Assembly: GCA_964199315.1 (NCBI GenBank)
Contig: OZ116699.1
Span: 18,290,001-18,354,000, forward strand
DNA from: Orbicella franksi
Lineage: Eukaryota
Direction of reading: 5' to 3'
Length of the DNA stretch: 64,000 nucleotides
The notes under the pieces are model-generated. The model saw nothing but the letters and a program-made list of their open reading frames with translations, had not been told where the DNA came from and made no database searches. Positions 12,801 to 25,318 of this stretch are shown here, piece by piece. Position 1 is the first letter of the stretch; every line of letters starts with the position of its first letter. A program made the position numbers and the translations under genes.

Positions 12801-14089
12801 ACAAAGTAACTTGTCCCAAAAGATGATCAAGGTACTTACCTTTATCTTCTCTTGCTTTTGCATATTGTTATAACGCTTAATAGTTTCTTCCACTTTCAGG
12901 TGAATAGATCTGAGCAAAACAGTCTATCTCACCATCGTTTTTTGTTGACTTAAGCTTTGTACACTTTGCAGCTTCATATATATTGGACTTCCAGGGCCAA
13001 TTATTTAACCCACGTTTTAACGCAGTGATCTTGACTTGCGACGCATTCACTTCACTAGAGCGTAGTTTTTCCAACGTATGAGTTCCCCCCCAATTTCCTG
13101 ATTTGAAACACTCTCAAGTATAAGAATAAGAGTTTTGGTAAGTATAACATGCGCGGGCGCAGTACTTTTTAAAAAACCCTTGTGCTCAGATCTTCGAGAG
13201 GATTGCAAAAGGACAGCTCATGCTCGGGTTTATCCGTTACCAGTGCAAACGGAAAAAAGCAGGGCTGCAGGCATAAATGAGAATGTCATTCCCAGTAGTA
13301 TCGATAATGGCAAGAAATAGTGGGCTGTATCGACGAGCTGATAAATCATCGAGTTAAATACATTTAAATTGAGGGGGATACTCGATATACTTGATGCGGA
13401 TTATAAATTCTTAGATATAAAATAAAGGGGTTAAAAGTATGGCGCAATGGACAGTGCACACTGTCAGAATTTAGTATTTTTTTTACGGACAATATATTTT
13501 ACATGTGACTATTTTTAGACACAGCCTCTCCGGTTCTTGTTTGTGCACCCCGCAATCAACAGAAAAGTACGGCCAACGCGTTTTAATAATTGTATTCGTG
13601 ATTTGAGAACGATCAGGCATGTGATGTTAACCTCGCACTTCCTCAAGAAACTTTACGTATGGGAATTTTTCGTTTTTATGAATTTTCAAGGATTCGCAAA
13701 ATTAGCAAAAATATAATCCTGACAACAATTAAAAACATCAAAACGGGCTGACTACACTAGCTGCGAAGACAGACCATGCTTGCTGCATGACGGCTGCGAC
13801 GATCACGTCCACCGTAAAAACTTGCGCACCTTTGGGGCCTAAATTTGCTTTGATGCATGAATTGTATAAATTTAAATACAACTTTTGTCGTCCATAATTG
13901 AGATATTTTGCCTTTGAGTTTATCAGTTTGCATTTATATAATAGAAATAAAATCTTTGTTGAGATAGAAATTCTTTTTTTTTTTTCTCAACATCAGCACT
14001 GAAGCGTTAATGTCAGTGGCAAAATTAAATTCAGCAACCACTGCAGAATACGATTAATATACTGGCTTGGATCTGCACTTGAAACTCTT

Positions 14090-15170
14090 CTTAAACACTT
14101 TACATTTGACGGTGTCATGTGCTTCGGTGTTTATTTTAGTCCTAGGTCGTCATTTCTTATTTTAACTGAACTGTGCAGCAAACAAATATCAAAAACATCT
14201 GCATGTTTTTCTTGCGTATTTGCCAAAAAGAGAGAGAGTAAGATAGGAGAATACTACACAGTACATTTGACTGTAGCTTAATTGGGTTTCATTGCTTGTT
14301 TTACTCCGACCTTCGTCAATTCTCTTTCAAACTGTGCTGTACAAAAAATAAGTATCAATGGAAACTGTACATTAAAAATTACCAAAACACATCAGGGAGA
14401 AAAGGTATAGGAATTGATGAACAGTAAATTTGACAGTGGTTTGCGCATCAATGTTTGCTTATTTCCTAGCTTCGTCATTTCTGAACTGTGCAGCAAACAA
14501 ATAAAGATAACAAATGTACATTCTAGTTGAGCAGTTGCCAAAAAAGAGATTGAAAACAGCAGAAGTATGGTATGATAAGAAGTAATTTGAATGTGGTTTT
14601 GCGCATTCTTGTTTGTTTTAGTTCCCATCTTCGTCATTTCTTTTTCAAACTATACTTTGCAGCAAACAAACATCAATATCAACTCTACATTATTTTTGAG
14701 CGTTCGCCAAAAAGAAATTGAAAACGATATGAGTTTCCAAAGCAGCACATTTTGACTATAGTTTGCGCATCAATGTATGTTTTGTCCTACCTTCGCTATT
14801 TCTTTTTCTTCAACTGATCTACGCAGCAAATTAATAGCGATAACAACTGCATATTTTTGTTGAGCAGTTGCCAAAACCAGAGTGAAATAGATAGGAGAAT
14901 AACAGCGTCATGCATTCATTTTATACAAGTCATGTGCATGGATACGGAAAGTCATTCTACCTTTTCCAGCTTTTTTTTCCCCATTACCTTCGTCATTTTC
15001 AGGCACATATTAGTTCGTGCCTTAATTCTTTCGTTACACCTTTTTGTGCACGGTTTTTTTGTTATCCTTTTCGTAGTAAGCTTTCAATCAGAAACGTGTG
15101 TACAATGTTCAAACTTAAATAGATAACAGCTCATACATATTGGGGCCAACAGTTGCCAAAAATGGCCGTT
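14090..15170. repeat. Old degenerate ~160-bp tandem array (about 6 units)
   Basis: Marker TCG(TC/CT)A(T/A)TT at 14147, 14313, 14472, 14631, 14793 and 14990 (spacing 166, 159, 159, 162, 197). Units also repeat GCAGCAAACAAA, TTGCCAAAAA and TTTGCGCAT. Confidence 0.8.
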
Positions 15171-16868
15171 TATTACTTGCCGTTTTGTTCTTGAGATAAT
15201 AGATAAATGTTGTGTTATGACACATTTGATGTCATTGGTAGTCGTATCGCGCTACAGTATTGATCTTAAGGCACAGCACCTGTATCTGGTGATATTTAAG
15301 TCTCCACCGATGACTTTTCGCCGTTGCACCTTGTGAACTCTTGTTGAACCAGTAAGGAACTTTAGCGCTTGTCAATAGAATTCATTGTTCGGCCGTTTCT
15401 ACGCCAGTAGCACTTTAAAGATTTGCAAAATTTACCCACGGTCATTTATTCTTATGCAAATGTGGAAAAATCTTTTCAAATTCGGCGAGTGATCTACGCG
15501 AAATGATATTCGGCAAATCTCCCTCAATACTTGTTATGAATGCTGAATAAATAACAGTTTTTGTTCGAATTCAACTCGCGCCGTTTATTTTCTAAATGAC
15601 TTTATCATTAGGCCATCCCACTTTTTGTGTTTTGGTGCAACGATTCTTGTTTGTGTTTTCACTCTTCAGAATTAATAGTTGCCTTTTCTAACGCAGGTCA
15701 CCGGATATTTTCCACGTGACTTGATCATGCGTTCTAGAACCAGGTGGTCCTCCTACGCAGCCGACCTTTGTGTTTATGTCTTAATACCATCTCTTGGGAT
15801 GTTAAGCTGAAAAAAAGCGTGAGTGAATTAGCTAGAGAGAGCCCTCTCGGCCATGTGTAGCTTAAGCTGATTTCAGAGTCAACCAGGTCGGTTTTATTCA
15901 TCGGAGATCTCACCACTTCGAATTTTCCGGATCAATCTCGGAATCTGACTGAATTCGAGCCAAAGGTGAAATTGCAAAACTACATGTACATGCCGAATGA
16001 ATGACAATGACCATTTGGCAATCAGCAAATGAGAAAATAACATACGGTATCCTCTCGCCTATCTACCTTGCCACCATGAACAGCAACGAAAAAATGTCAT
16101 CATGGACAATTACTACAATTTGAGTGAGATTTCCTTAGGACATTCGTATCCTAATCTCATTTTGTGCTTTTAAAGCAATTGGGTTTCCGTATTCTTTCTA
16201 ACGGCCAAGCGGCACGATGTGGGTGCAAGTTTCTTAAAACAACTTTGATCCCAATTTTCAACACCCTTGTTCTAAGCTTACTAGTCATTTCGGGCTGACT
16301 CAAGCGTAACAGACTTTTTAATGAGCCAGCATTGGGCGCCACTCCATATCTATACAGAAGGTTCTATAACAATGGTTGCGGTGGTTCGCAGCTAAAACAT
16401 GCAGCCACCTGTGAGTTAAACACTTAATACACGTGACGTTTTTCTCGTCTGCACGCCATTATGTAGTGAAAATTTCTGACTTTTAATTACTTCTCTTTAG
16501 TAAAAGGCTCTGAAAATAACAATATACTCTATTTCACAAAATATAACCACACTTGGATCTCTCTAGCTCTTTGTCCTTCAAATATATTCGTCGCTTACAT
16601 AACTTCTTGTACATTTTTGAATATCAAAAGTTACTTTTTTAACATATTGTTTTACATAAATACACTGTTATTTATATTAGCTCTCCTTAATAAGGTTCTT
16701 TTTCTCAAAGCGTTTCATTTAACTCGAATTGACTAATTCATAGCCCAATACTTCTCTAGTAATCATTTGGCACTCTTACAAAACACGCGCTACTTAATAC
16801 TTGCGTTTTCGTGCGTGCCCGTAAACTCAAAATTACGGAAAACATCTTCAAAGTCCAGGCGGTTAAAG

Positions 16869-19427
16869 TCAGTAAAAGACTTGTTCCCTTTGTGATTCAA
16901 GAAGATTTTTGAACGGCATGTTCTCTCTCATTTGCTCTGTGGCCGTGTCAGGGGGCATGCGGGCGTTTTGCTGCTCGGGGCGATGGTGATTCGAATTTGA
17001 TTTCTCCAGATAGTAGGCGTGATGAATTCGAATATGCGTGCGTAGATTACTCGAGCTGATGAATTTCCAGTTGCAGATGTTACACTTGTACGGTTTTTCC
17101 CCAGTGTGGGTCAGAATGTGCGATTGGAGGTTGCCAGAGGTAGTGAAGGCTTTGGAGCACTGTTTGCACTTGTATGGGCGCTCGCCTGTGTGGATACGGA
17201 CGTGTCTTCGCAGATCGCTCGAGCTTACGAACGCCTTGGGACAGTACTGGCACTTGTGTGGTTTCTCGCCCGTGTGTGTCAGGATGTGTCTCTGTAAATT
17301 GGTCAGCTGAGCGAATCCACGGCAGCAGATATTACAGGTGTACGGCTTTTCGCCGGTGTGAATTCGGTTGTGGATCTTCAGGTGCGCCGCTAGGGCGAAA
17401 GCCTTCGGGCATTTCTGGCACTTGTATGGCTTCTGGCCCGTGTGGATGAGAACATGGCGTTGGAAATTCCACGAGCGGGTGAACACTTTACTGCAGTGCT
17501 GGCACGTGTAAGGTTTTTCGTTTCCCGTGGAATCCGTTTCCTTTTCTTCTTTAATGGCCGCAAAATCCGCCAAGCGTTCGCTATCAGGACGCTCCTCCCT
17601 ATTCCACGCGTTCATTCTTTTTTCACTATCACCATGAAAGCCGTTCTGTCCGTTATATTCCTTGCTTGTGTTGATGACATGCGGTTCGTTGTTTGGCATA
17701 ACTAGGGGTTGGGCATAAGGCGCTGTGAGACGATACAGTTCAGCTTGTGAAGATGCTACAGTTGGTGGGGTATCCTCGGTGTTGTCTGTAAGTGTAAGAA
17801 TGTAACAACTTAGCAACTCTAAGTTTACTTAAGTAATAAGCAGTTACAATTAACATTTCGAGCTCGGGCTTGCTCCTCCCTGGTAGAAAACCGCAATGGC
17901 TTACACCCTAATCGTTTATCATACGCAAAGTGTATCGAGAGAGCTTAACGAGAATACGCCTGTTTGTAGCCGGCAAAGTAGCCAAGATTTTCATGCCGAC
18001 TGGTAGATTTAGCGGTATTAATTCGGCAAACCAATTCCCAATAACTGTACTGTAAACACTGGTTCGTTAACGATTCTCTTTGAAAAGTTTTAAAGGTGGT
18101 AATTAAATTGATTCTTGGTTATTCAGTCTTTACAGTGACTTTATTACACTGCTGAATGCCTGTTTAACTACGAAACTACGCTTAACCAAAACTGTAAATC
18201 CTGAAATTTATAAAAATCTACCGGATTATGAAGAAGGAGTCGGGCTTTTTTGTCTATCTTAGAAGGAACGATGAAATGTAAGCGGCGACAAGTGAAAAAA
18301 GACGAGCAATTTTATTTCGGTTTTACTATGAATGTTTAATGGCTAAAAATACCATTTTATAAAAGTCATCAAACACCACGAAGCCCTTTCTTGATGCATT
18401 TTAACAGTTCTCTTAATCCGAAGGCTCTTTAACAAACCGCAAGCAAGATAGAAAAGCATAATAATTCTATTTCAAATCTTCTGGGTAGAATCAAACGCCA
18501 AAATAACTGGATTTTCATGTTCAATCGAGAACAAAAGCTCACTAGTTCTAAGATGTTATGTATTGAAATGCTGCCTCCAGGACATTAGAATTGCTGTTAA
18601 AAAGCTCTAAATAGATAGAAAAAGAATTTCTAAACCCTTTTGGTGTATAAATGTCCTGATTTTTTCAGGAAGCCTCTGACAGAGAAGGGATGAAAATTGC
18701 TTCGATGTTTGTACTCCAAGAATAAATAATTCAGCACCGGCAAGAAGCTATTCTGTAATCGCCAGAGGACAAACCGTGGACGTGCTTTTTCTCTTCTACA
18801 CTATCACATTTTACTTATATCCTACACGAATTTTTTCAGGACATCCTAATATGTCTAATCTAATTTACGTACCCATTAGGAGTGACATTGGAGGCTTAAG
18901 TAGCTCAGTGGTGATTTTTCTTTGATGCCTTTTAAAAGACCTTCCAGGTATTTTACGGGTAGCAAGGTCGACTCATGTTTAAGATTCTCCACAAAGAGGA
19001 AAACTTAATCCAAGAAATAAAATCTTCAATACAGTCATTCGACAGATATTCGATCCAACAGAATAATATGCTGTGGAAACTACAGTGGAGGAGTTAAACA
19101 GACCGAGGCACTTTCAAATAAACTAGCTAAGTCTCGCTTAACAACTGAGAAGTAGTTTGTCCTTAGTCGCCATGCAGTGAAAAAGGCAATTAAAAAATGA
19201 TTATTTTTGTTCTATTCATGAGAAATAGACTCTCTTTCTTGATTTATTTTAAGAACTTCGTTCTCTTGCTACTAGAAGCACTACGAACTTACTTTAAAAA
19301 AGGCAGAAATTTGTAAAATGAACGGTCACAACTCAAGCGTATGAAAAGGACTTAAATTTAACTTACCAAAGTAAGTGATACTGTTTTTCTTGAATTCCTT
19401 CTTTTTGATTAAAAATGAGCGAGGCAT
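16869..19427 (-). CDS. SNAG-domain C2H2 zinc-finger transcriptional repressor (6 fingers), 2 exons, 325 aa
   Basis: Exon 1 is 19427-19367 (61 nt, MPRSFLIKKKEFKKNSITYF + G|GTAAGT). Exon 2 is 17785-16869 (acceptor CTTACAG|, 917 nt). The phase-1 junction gives ...TYF-D-NTEDTPP and a 978-nt CDS. Six tandem C2H2 fingers are joined by TG(E/Q)(K/R)P linkers. The finger sequences are not those of Snail, Scratch or Gfi1, so no symbol is given. Confidence 0.9.
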
Positions 19428-19885
19428 TCTTGATTTTTGTGGCTGTAGGCTTGATATGTGGATCTCTGTAGATAGATGTCAGTCCGAACTCTGGGATACT
19501 CTTGGTGTATGATTAAGGCTCCGGCGATCGTGCGCTAACTTTGGTTTAAAATGAACTGAAGAATCTTGCGCTGGTTGAGTTATTATAGGCCTCGAGAGTG
19601 GCCTGGACAGGTGTAGCTAGGATATACAGCGGTCGTAAACAATTTCCCACTTGCTAGCCTGGCGCAAACTTTCATACATGGAGACTGAATGCCCCTTGAT
19701 CATATCACGACAAAAGAATAAAACAATCTGTTATTTAAAACAACAACCTCTTTGCAATACTACTGGCCGGGTATTAATTTATTAAAGACCTGCCCCGGCC
19801 CCATCAAGAATTCAATGCTTTGCAGGTTGCGCGAGTAGGAAAATGGCTAAACGACTAATCCTGTTTGACAAAGGGCCGCTGTCGG

Positions 19886-19990
19886 CCAATCTTAACTGGG
19901 GTATCGCATTGCGCATGCATGATAGAATAGTTTGTTTAAAACTTGGCAGGCTTGTTCGCTGCTAGTGGCGCCGGTAACCGACCAATCGCA
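19886..19990. promoter_or_regulatory. Candidate proximal promoter elements upstream of the SNAG-ZF gene
   Basis: CCAAT boxes at 19886 and 19982, NRF1-like GCGCATGC at 19911-19918, and a nearby CAGGTG E-box at 19608-19613. Motif matches only. Confidence 0.3.
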
Positions 19991-21947
19991 GCGCAGAACG
20001 CTAAATAACTTTCGCATGAGCACAACTGAGCGAGAACAATGCTATCGATGAGTATTCTGACCAAGGAGACCGCCATGAATAAAGTAAGACAAAAGACCAA
20101 GGTTTCTTTCCACTTTACACTATCTGATAGCAACACATTCCTTCGCCGTAAAAATAATACGTTGTGGTAATTAGGGTTTCGTTGTCACCTTTGAAAACCG
20201 ATTTAGAAAGCGCACTGTAAACTGAAGCGATGTTCTTTTGTGCTGCGCGTTATGAAATTTTAATTTGGAAATATTTGGAAGTATGTTATTTGTCACTGAA
20301 CCATGCCGTGTCAATTATTCATACAATAGGTAAACTGCCTTTTGTCCCCGGTTCTGAAATAGAGCCATGAAATATCCCATCTATCCTGCCCTCTAAACAA
20401 CTCGTCGCTCTCTCAGAACACGCGATTTATCACACGACTGACATGTTTATTTTGCGCGGGCGAACTTCAAGTTGGTGCGAACGATTTATCAAAACATTTC
20501 AAACAAGATCGACACTTCGTTCAATCGCATGAGCTAATTACTTCTGAGAACATGCTTTTGTTTGATTTTGGCCACTGCTAGCGTCGTGCACATAGCAACG
20601 CCACCAGTCACTCTCGCCTTTGCCACTTGTTCGTTTGGTAAAGGCACGTGCGCTGCAAAACAGGTGCGATACTACCCCCGAGCGATGAGAACAAAGGTAT
20701 ATCGACGTTTTCCGCGAGACAATGGAGGAAATTGAGAAGAAATTTTTCCGTCAGTTCTCACTTAAATCTCGACAATAATTTCATACTGAGATAGAAGAGA
20801 ATGGAGAAGCTCCGTGACTACTTGCACGGCGTTTTTTCACTTTTGGCGCATACCGAGTCGAACAATGCACACGCGCATGGAAAGCCTGAATTGACCTGTT
20901 CTAAAGTGGGGAAGACATAGATGGATGGGAGAATCAGATGAACGAATGGGTGGTTATCAATATATCATAAAATGTGAGTTGACAAAGGTTCAATAGTTTT
21001 AATCCTTAACCTTGAAGTTCTAGAAACATTTTATTTTCTACTAAGGGGAAGCAATGTCAAGGCAAAGCAAAGAAAAGGATACTGTATAATTTTGCGGTTT
21101 CTATTGTAAACAAGGACTTGGTCGATCACTTGACTGGGAAGCTAACGTGAGCGCGATAGCTCAGAAGAAAACCTGTCACGGTAGTCAGATGCCAGATTTA
21201 CGACTGTTAAGAGTCTGAAATCAGTTACATGATAGACCATTAAGAACTTGCAACAAAAAACAAAGAGAAGAGCTGAAAGCGTTTTATCGTCAGAGCAAAT
21301 ATGGCAGCAAGATAGCAGATAACCTATATTGTAAACAAACTGAAATGTTTAAATAAAAGACGAATGAAAAAGCGCGTGCGACTCCGTAGTTTTACAAGAT
21401 CTTCGTCTTCGTTGTCAAGAAAGGAATGTTTTTAACATATGGCAAATCTGACTTGAAAAGCCACATGGCTCAATTTTGCATGTGCTTTGGAATGTTTATG
21501 AAATTATATTGAGGGTGTGACTCAATTAGTTAAACAAATCTATTTAGATTATTTACGCCCAAGCCAACATCTCGGTTTTCTTTTACATCGTATGCGAAAA
21601 AAGTAACATCATTCTAGTCACTGAAAAAAAATTTGTCAAGAAGCACACATTACTGCACGTATGCTCAATTTGAAACCCATTTTCGTCGTCGCTTTTGGCG
21701 CATATTTGATAATAGGGCACTTGCTTTAAAAGGGCAATTAAACTAAGATTTAAATCTCATAAACCTGATAGAGGCTTAAGAAAGTTACACTAATACTTTA
21801 AAAAGCTCAACGGGTCCACTGGGATGATTTAGTTAGTTTAGCAAGAAATACAAGGAAGAAGGACTTCGCGAGAGTTTTTGAATCGAATTCCAACCTGAAT
21901 AGGGCTGATTTAATTTCATTCGTTTAGGAAGTTACCAGCTGACAAAA

Positions 21948-24397
21948 ATGGCAGGTATTATAGACGAAACAAAAAAAGCTGTATTGGAGCAAAATGGTTA
22001 TTCAGTATATATGCCCTGGAGCTGTGCCAAACGAAAGTAAGATGTTTTTTTTCGTGGCTTCTCGCTCTAGAAGAACGAATTAAAATCAACGCAAAAGCCC
22101 TTAAGACATATCCAGAGACATTCAAATATGTCTACCACTTCTCGACGCGAAAATCCGTGTTGCCTCATTATAGCTCAAGGAACAAGGCTTTATTTAAATG
22201 ACCAAAAGTTTGATTAAAACGGCCCACGCTTTCTTTCTTTCTGGAGGAGCAATTTCAATTCTTTGTAGAAACAGATGGCAATCTTTTCTAACGTTGGCTC
22301 GTGTCGCGTAAGATTGTTTCATATATTAGGGCGGTCTGTGCGGACAGCAACAAAACGATTAAGTAGTTAGAGAATTTCGCTATTGGAATTTTCAACTTAA
22401 CACTGTTTCAGTAGATGAAGTTTTAGTTTAGGCATTTACGAATTACATACTGAAATCCTATGGTCACGGCTTGGAATAATCTAAATAAAAATAAGCTTAT
22501 TCTAAATCTTCCTAGTTGAATCGAAGGGAAAACAACAGCAGTCTCTATCGTAAAAGATACATTTATGCGTAACTGATCCAGAATTTAACAGATTGTAAAC
22601 ACGAGGAGTCTTAATGAGTTCCATCTGTATATAAACCTGTGCTTATGCACAAATCTCTCGTATTTGGGATTTTGTCAAATTTTACGGTTCCATTCTACCA
22701 GCCTTGACGGCTCTTTTCCTGACAAAACAAATACATAACCAAAACTACCATATTTCCGGGAATGTTACTTTATTTCAATAGTTTCGCGTGCATAACTTTG
22801 CCACAACAAAAGACAAATGATAAGTTCGTACGTTCCTAAGTGATTGAAGACTAAACAGCTTAGACATGGCATTCGTTTGACCAGGGACAGCGATACTCTT
22901 TCGGCCCATGATAAATCTGCTCAACCACATTTTTTCATGCATGCACTTTCAAACTTAAGCCTAACAGTGGGAATAGAAAAAAGTGCAGAGCAACTCACGT
23001 CTTGCTAAACTGAAAACAGGAAATTCTCGACCCAATCGCGTTGAAACAGAACAGTTACCGAAGGAAACATGACTATAAGCGATGTCGTTTTAGCTTCGGA
23101 ATCCTCGCGGAGTCTTACGAGATGTTAACAAAACCACAGAAACAATAGCGCCATCTGGTCATCAAGTGTATTTAAAACGACAAAGGTAAATATGAAGGTT
23201 CAATAATAGCTTGTTATATTAAGGGGTTACTGAAGCGAGATGGCACTGGAATGATCTAATTTGGAAATTTAATTAGCAAAACTTAAAAGAAATATTTGAA
23301 TAAAAAGGTATGCTAGATACGAAATTTATTTCATGGTAAGTCTCCTTTTGTTGCCAGTTATAACCGTATATTAATTTCCGATTTTTCTCTTCTTGTTCTA
23401 TGAGAAAGGCATCTAAAAGAAGACCGTGGGGTAAAAATAAAAATAACTATGTTATTGACCGAGGTCTTTGATAAGTTCATGATAAGTTTGATTTGGAATC
23501 ATGTCGCGTGTCGTTGTTCGCATTAGCTTGTAGTTTCGTGACGTACGACAATTGTCCACCAAGGATCGATAACCAACTGATGATTTCTTTTTAATTTCTG
23601 ACTAAAACATTGACTCGCTGACTACTTACAACTTGCCCATATATATAGCAGAACAACGAATGAGATTTCTTTACCCTTTCCCACTAAGTTGTGGTGAATA
23701 TTAGCACAGGGCTTTAGTTAAACGGCCGTACCGTCGGTAAATTATTCACTTGACATCAGAGACAAGTGTACATAACCACGCGGTAAGAGTGTTCAAAATC
23801 AATGCAACCGCATGCGCAAAACCCGATTAAAACACGATTCGGATTTGCTAAATTAAGTCACTTCATAAGCCGAGTGCATCGGCTTTCATTTTTACCCACT
23901 GTTATTCTGTTGTCCTTACAGACGATCGAATCTATACTTTGCCTTCGCGATAAAAAAAGTATCCAACCAGTAAGAATAATTTCATCGTCATGTTTGAGAT
24001 TTGAACAGGTACACCTGTTGGAAGAGGCATTGAACAATTCCTGATTCTTTTAAGCCTCATTCCCCCAAATCATTACAATACTATCTCTTCTTAATTTGTC
24101 ATCAGTGTCACAGGTAGAAAGCTGATGTTCTTTTTGTTACTCCAGTGAGGTGATTGTTCGTTCTTTCGTAAAGGTTAGGGGATCTTTATCTAACCCTGAC
24201 CTGTTCAAAAACATCACAAAGCACTCATCATGAATTAAACTGGATTTTCTTGCATTTATTTAATTATTTTATTTAATACTATTTTTTGACGGTGAGTTTT
24301 AGACTAAGCGCCAGTTTCATTTTATTTTCTGTTTTTCAGTGATATGATGCTAGAGAGCGCCATAATTAAGGAAGACGATCTGAGCCGTCAAAAATGA
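21948..24397 (+). CDS. Putative 3-exon microprotein gene (61 aa), unknown function
   Basis: Exons 21948-22036 (AAAATGG start; donor AA|GTAAGA), 22269-22307 (TTCTTTGTAG| ... |GTAAGA) and 24340-24397 (TTTTATTTTCTGTTTTTCAG|). All junctions are phase 2 and the frame is open to TGA. An upstream acceptor lies at 21926-21927 and AATAAA at 24484. Product MAGIIDETKKAVLEQNGYSVYMPWSCAKRKNRWQSFLTLARVADMMLESAIIKEDDLSRQK. No homology recognised. Confidence 0.4.
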
Positions 24398-24941
24398 TTC
24401 TTTATTCAACAACATCGTTGCTTGTGACTCTTTTTTTCTTAATATGACACTTGCTTTTTTCAGGGTATTAGCAATTTAACCTTAATAAAAACCGCGCACC
24501 ATGGGGTGCTTAAACCACAGTCACACAACAAAGAGATATTTTTTTCGTTGAAATTAAGGAGTTTCTTTTTAATTTGGGCGAAATCCGATGCTCCTAAAGG
24601 GGTCGTGCTGAATTGAAATCCGTCCTAAATATCATTGTGTTGTAATAAAATGTGGTTCTTTCGGCCGGATATCTTCGGTCTTCGCCGATGTTGGGAAATA
24701 TTAAGGTTCGGCCTTGTTCGGTCAGTGATGTGCGAGTGTGAGGGCGGCCATGAACAAAGGAACAAAGGTTAATGAGAAAAATGCACAGTTTTAATTTGGC
24801 CAACAATTAAAGTGAGGTATACGAACGTTTAAACGCATTTGTTTTTAAGTTAATTAGAATCAGACCCCAACGCTTAATGGTTTAGTCCATCCAAGAACGA
24901 AAATATGCTTCATAATTTTAGCCTTCATTTACAGTAATGCC

Positions 24942-25318
24942 AGGCCCCGTCAACACTACGCCGGAGAAATTTGAAAAAGGCGTTTTCACTCTGAAAACGC
25001 ATCAAATGTTTTCCATCCACACTACACCGGAGAAGTTTGAAAACGCAACAATCATTGGTTATTTTGGATTTGTGTTCGGGAAACACTCGAGCAGGGAAAT
25101 CACGTGATTATCGCGATGTCATCGTTTTCGAAAAGCTCTGTTTTCAAAATGTTTTTCGTCCATACTAAAACGCAAAGCCGGTGTTTTAAAATTCCTCCGG
25201 TTTGAAAAGCTTTTTCGAAAAGCTCCGTTTTCGTGACGGATTAGTGTGGATGGTAGGCCTAACCGTAGAAATGAACGGCTACGTTTCAGTCAAATTTCTC
25301 CGGCGTAGAATGAACGGG
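24942..25318. mobile_element. MITE (PIF/Harbinger-like termini), copy 1
   Basis: Begins AGGCCCCGTCAACACTACGCCGGAGAAATTTG and ends CAAATTTCTCCGGCGTAG (inverted). Collinear with the copy at 31260-31615. Confidence 0.8.

Noticed and set aside
17038-17705. Several plus-strand ORFs over the zinc-finger exon
   Set aside because: Antisense shadows of the repetitive C2H2 coding sequence, with no independent features.
17786-17816. ORF-track N-terminus MLSCYILTL of the zinc-finger ORF
   Set aside because: It lies upstream of a clear CTTACAG acceptor, so it is intron sequence. The real start is the SNAG exon at 19427.
18895-18915. GTAGCTCAGTGG, an A-box-like string in the SNAG-ZF intron
   Set aside because: No B box or cloverleaf follows.
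21948-22036. Resemblance of AVLEQNGYSV to testis-specific Ser/Thr kinase N-termini
   Set aside because: There is no GxGxxG loop and no downstream kinase exons were found.
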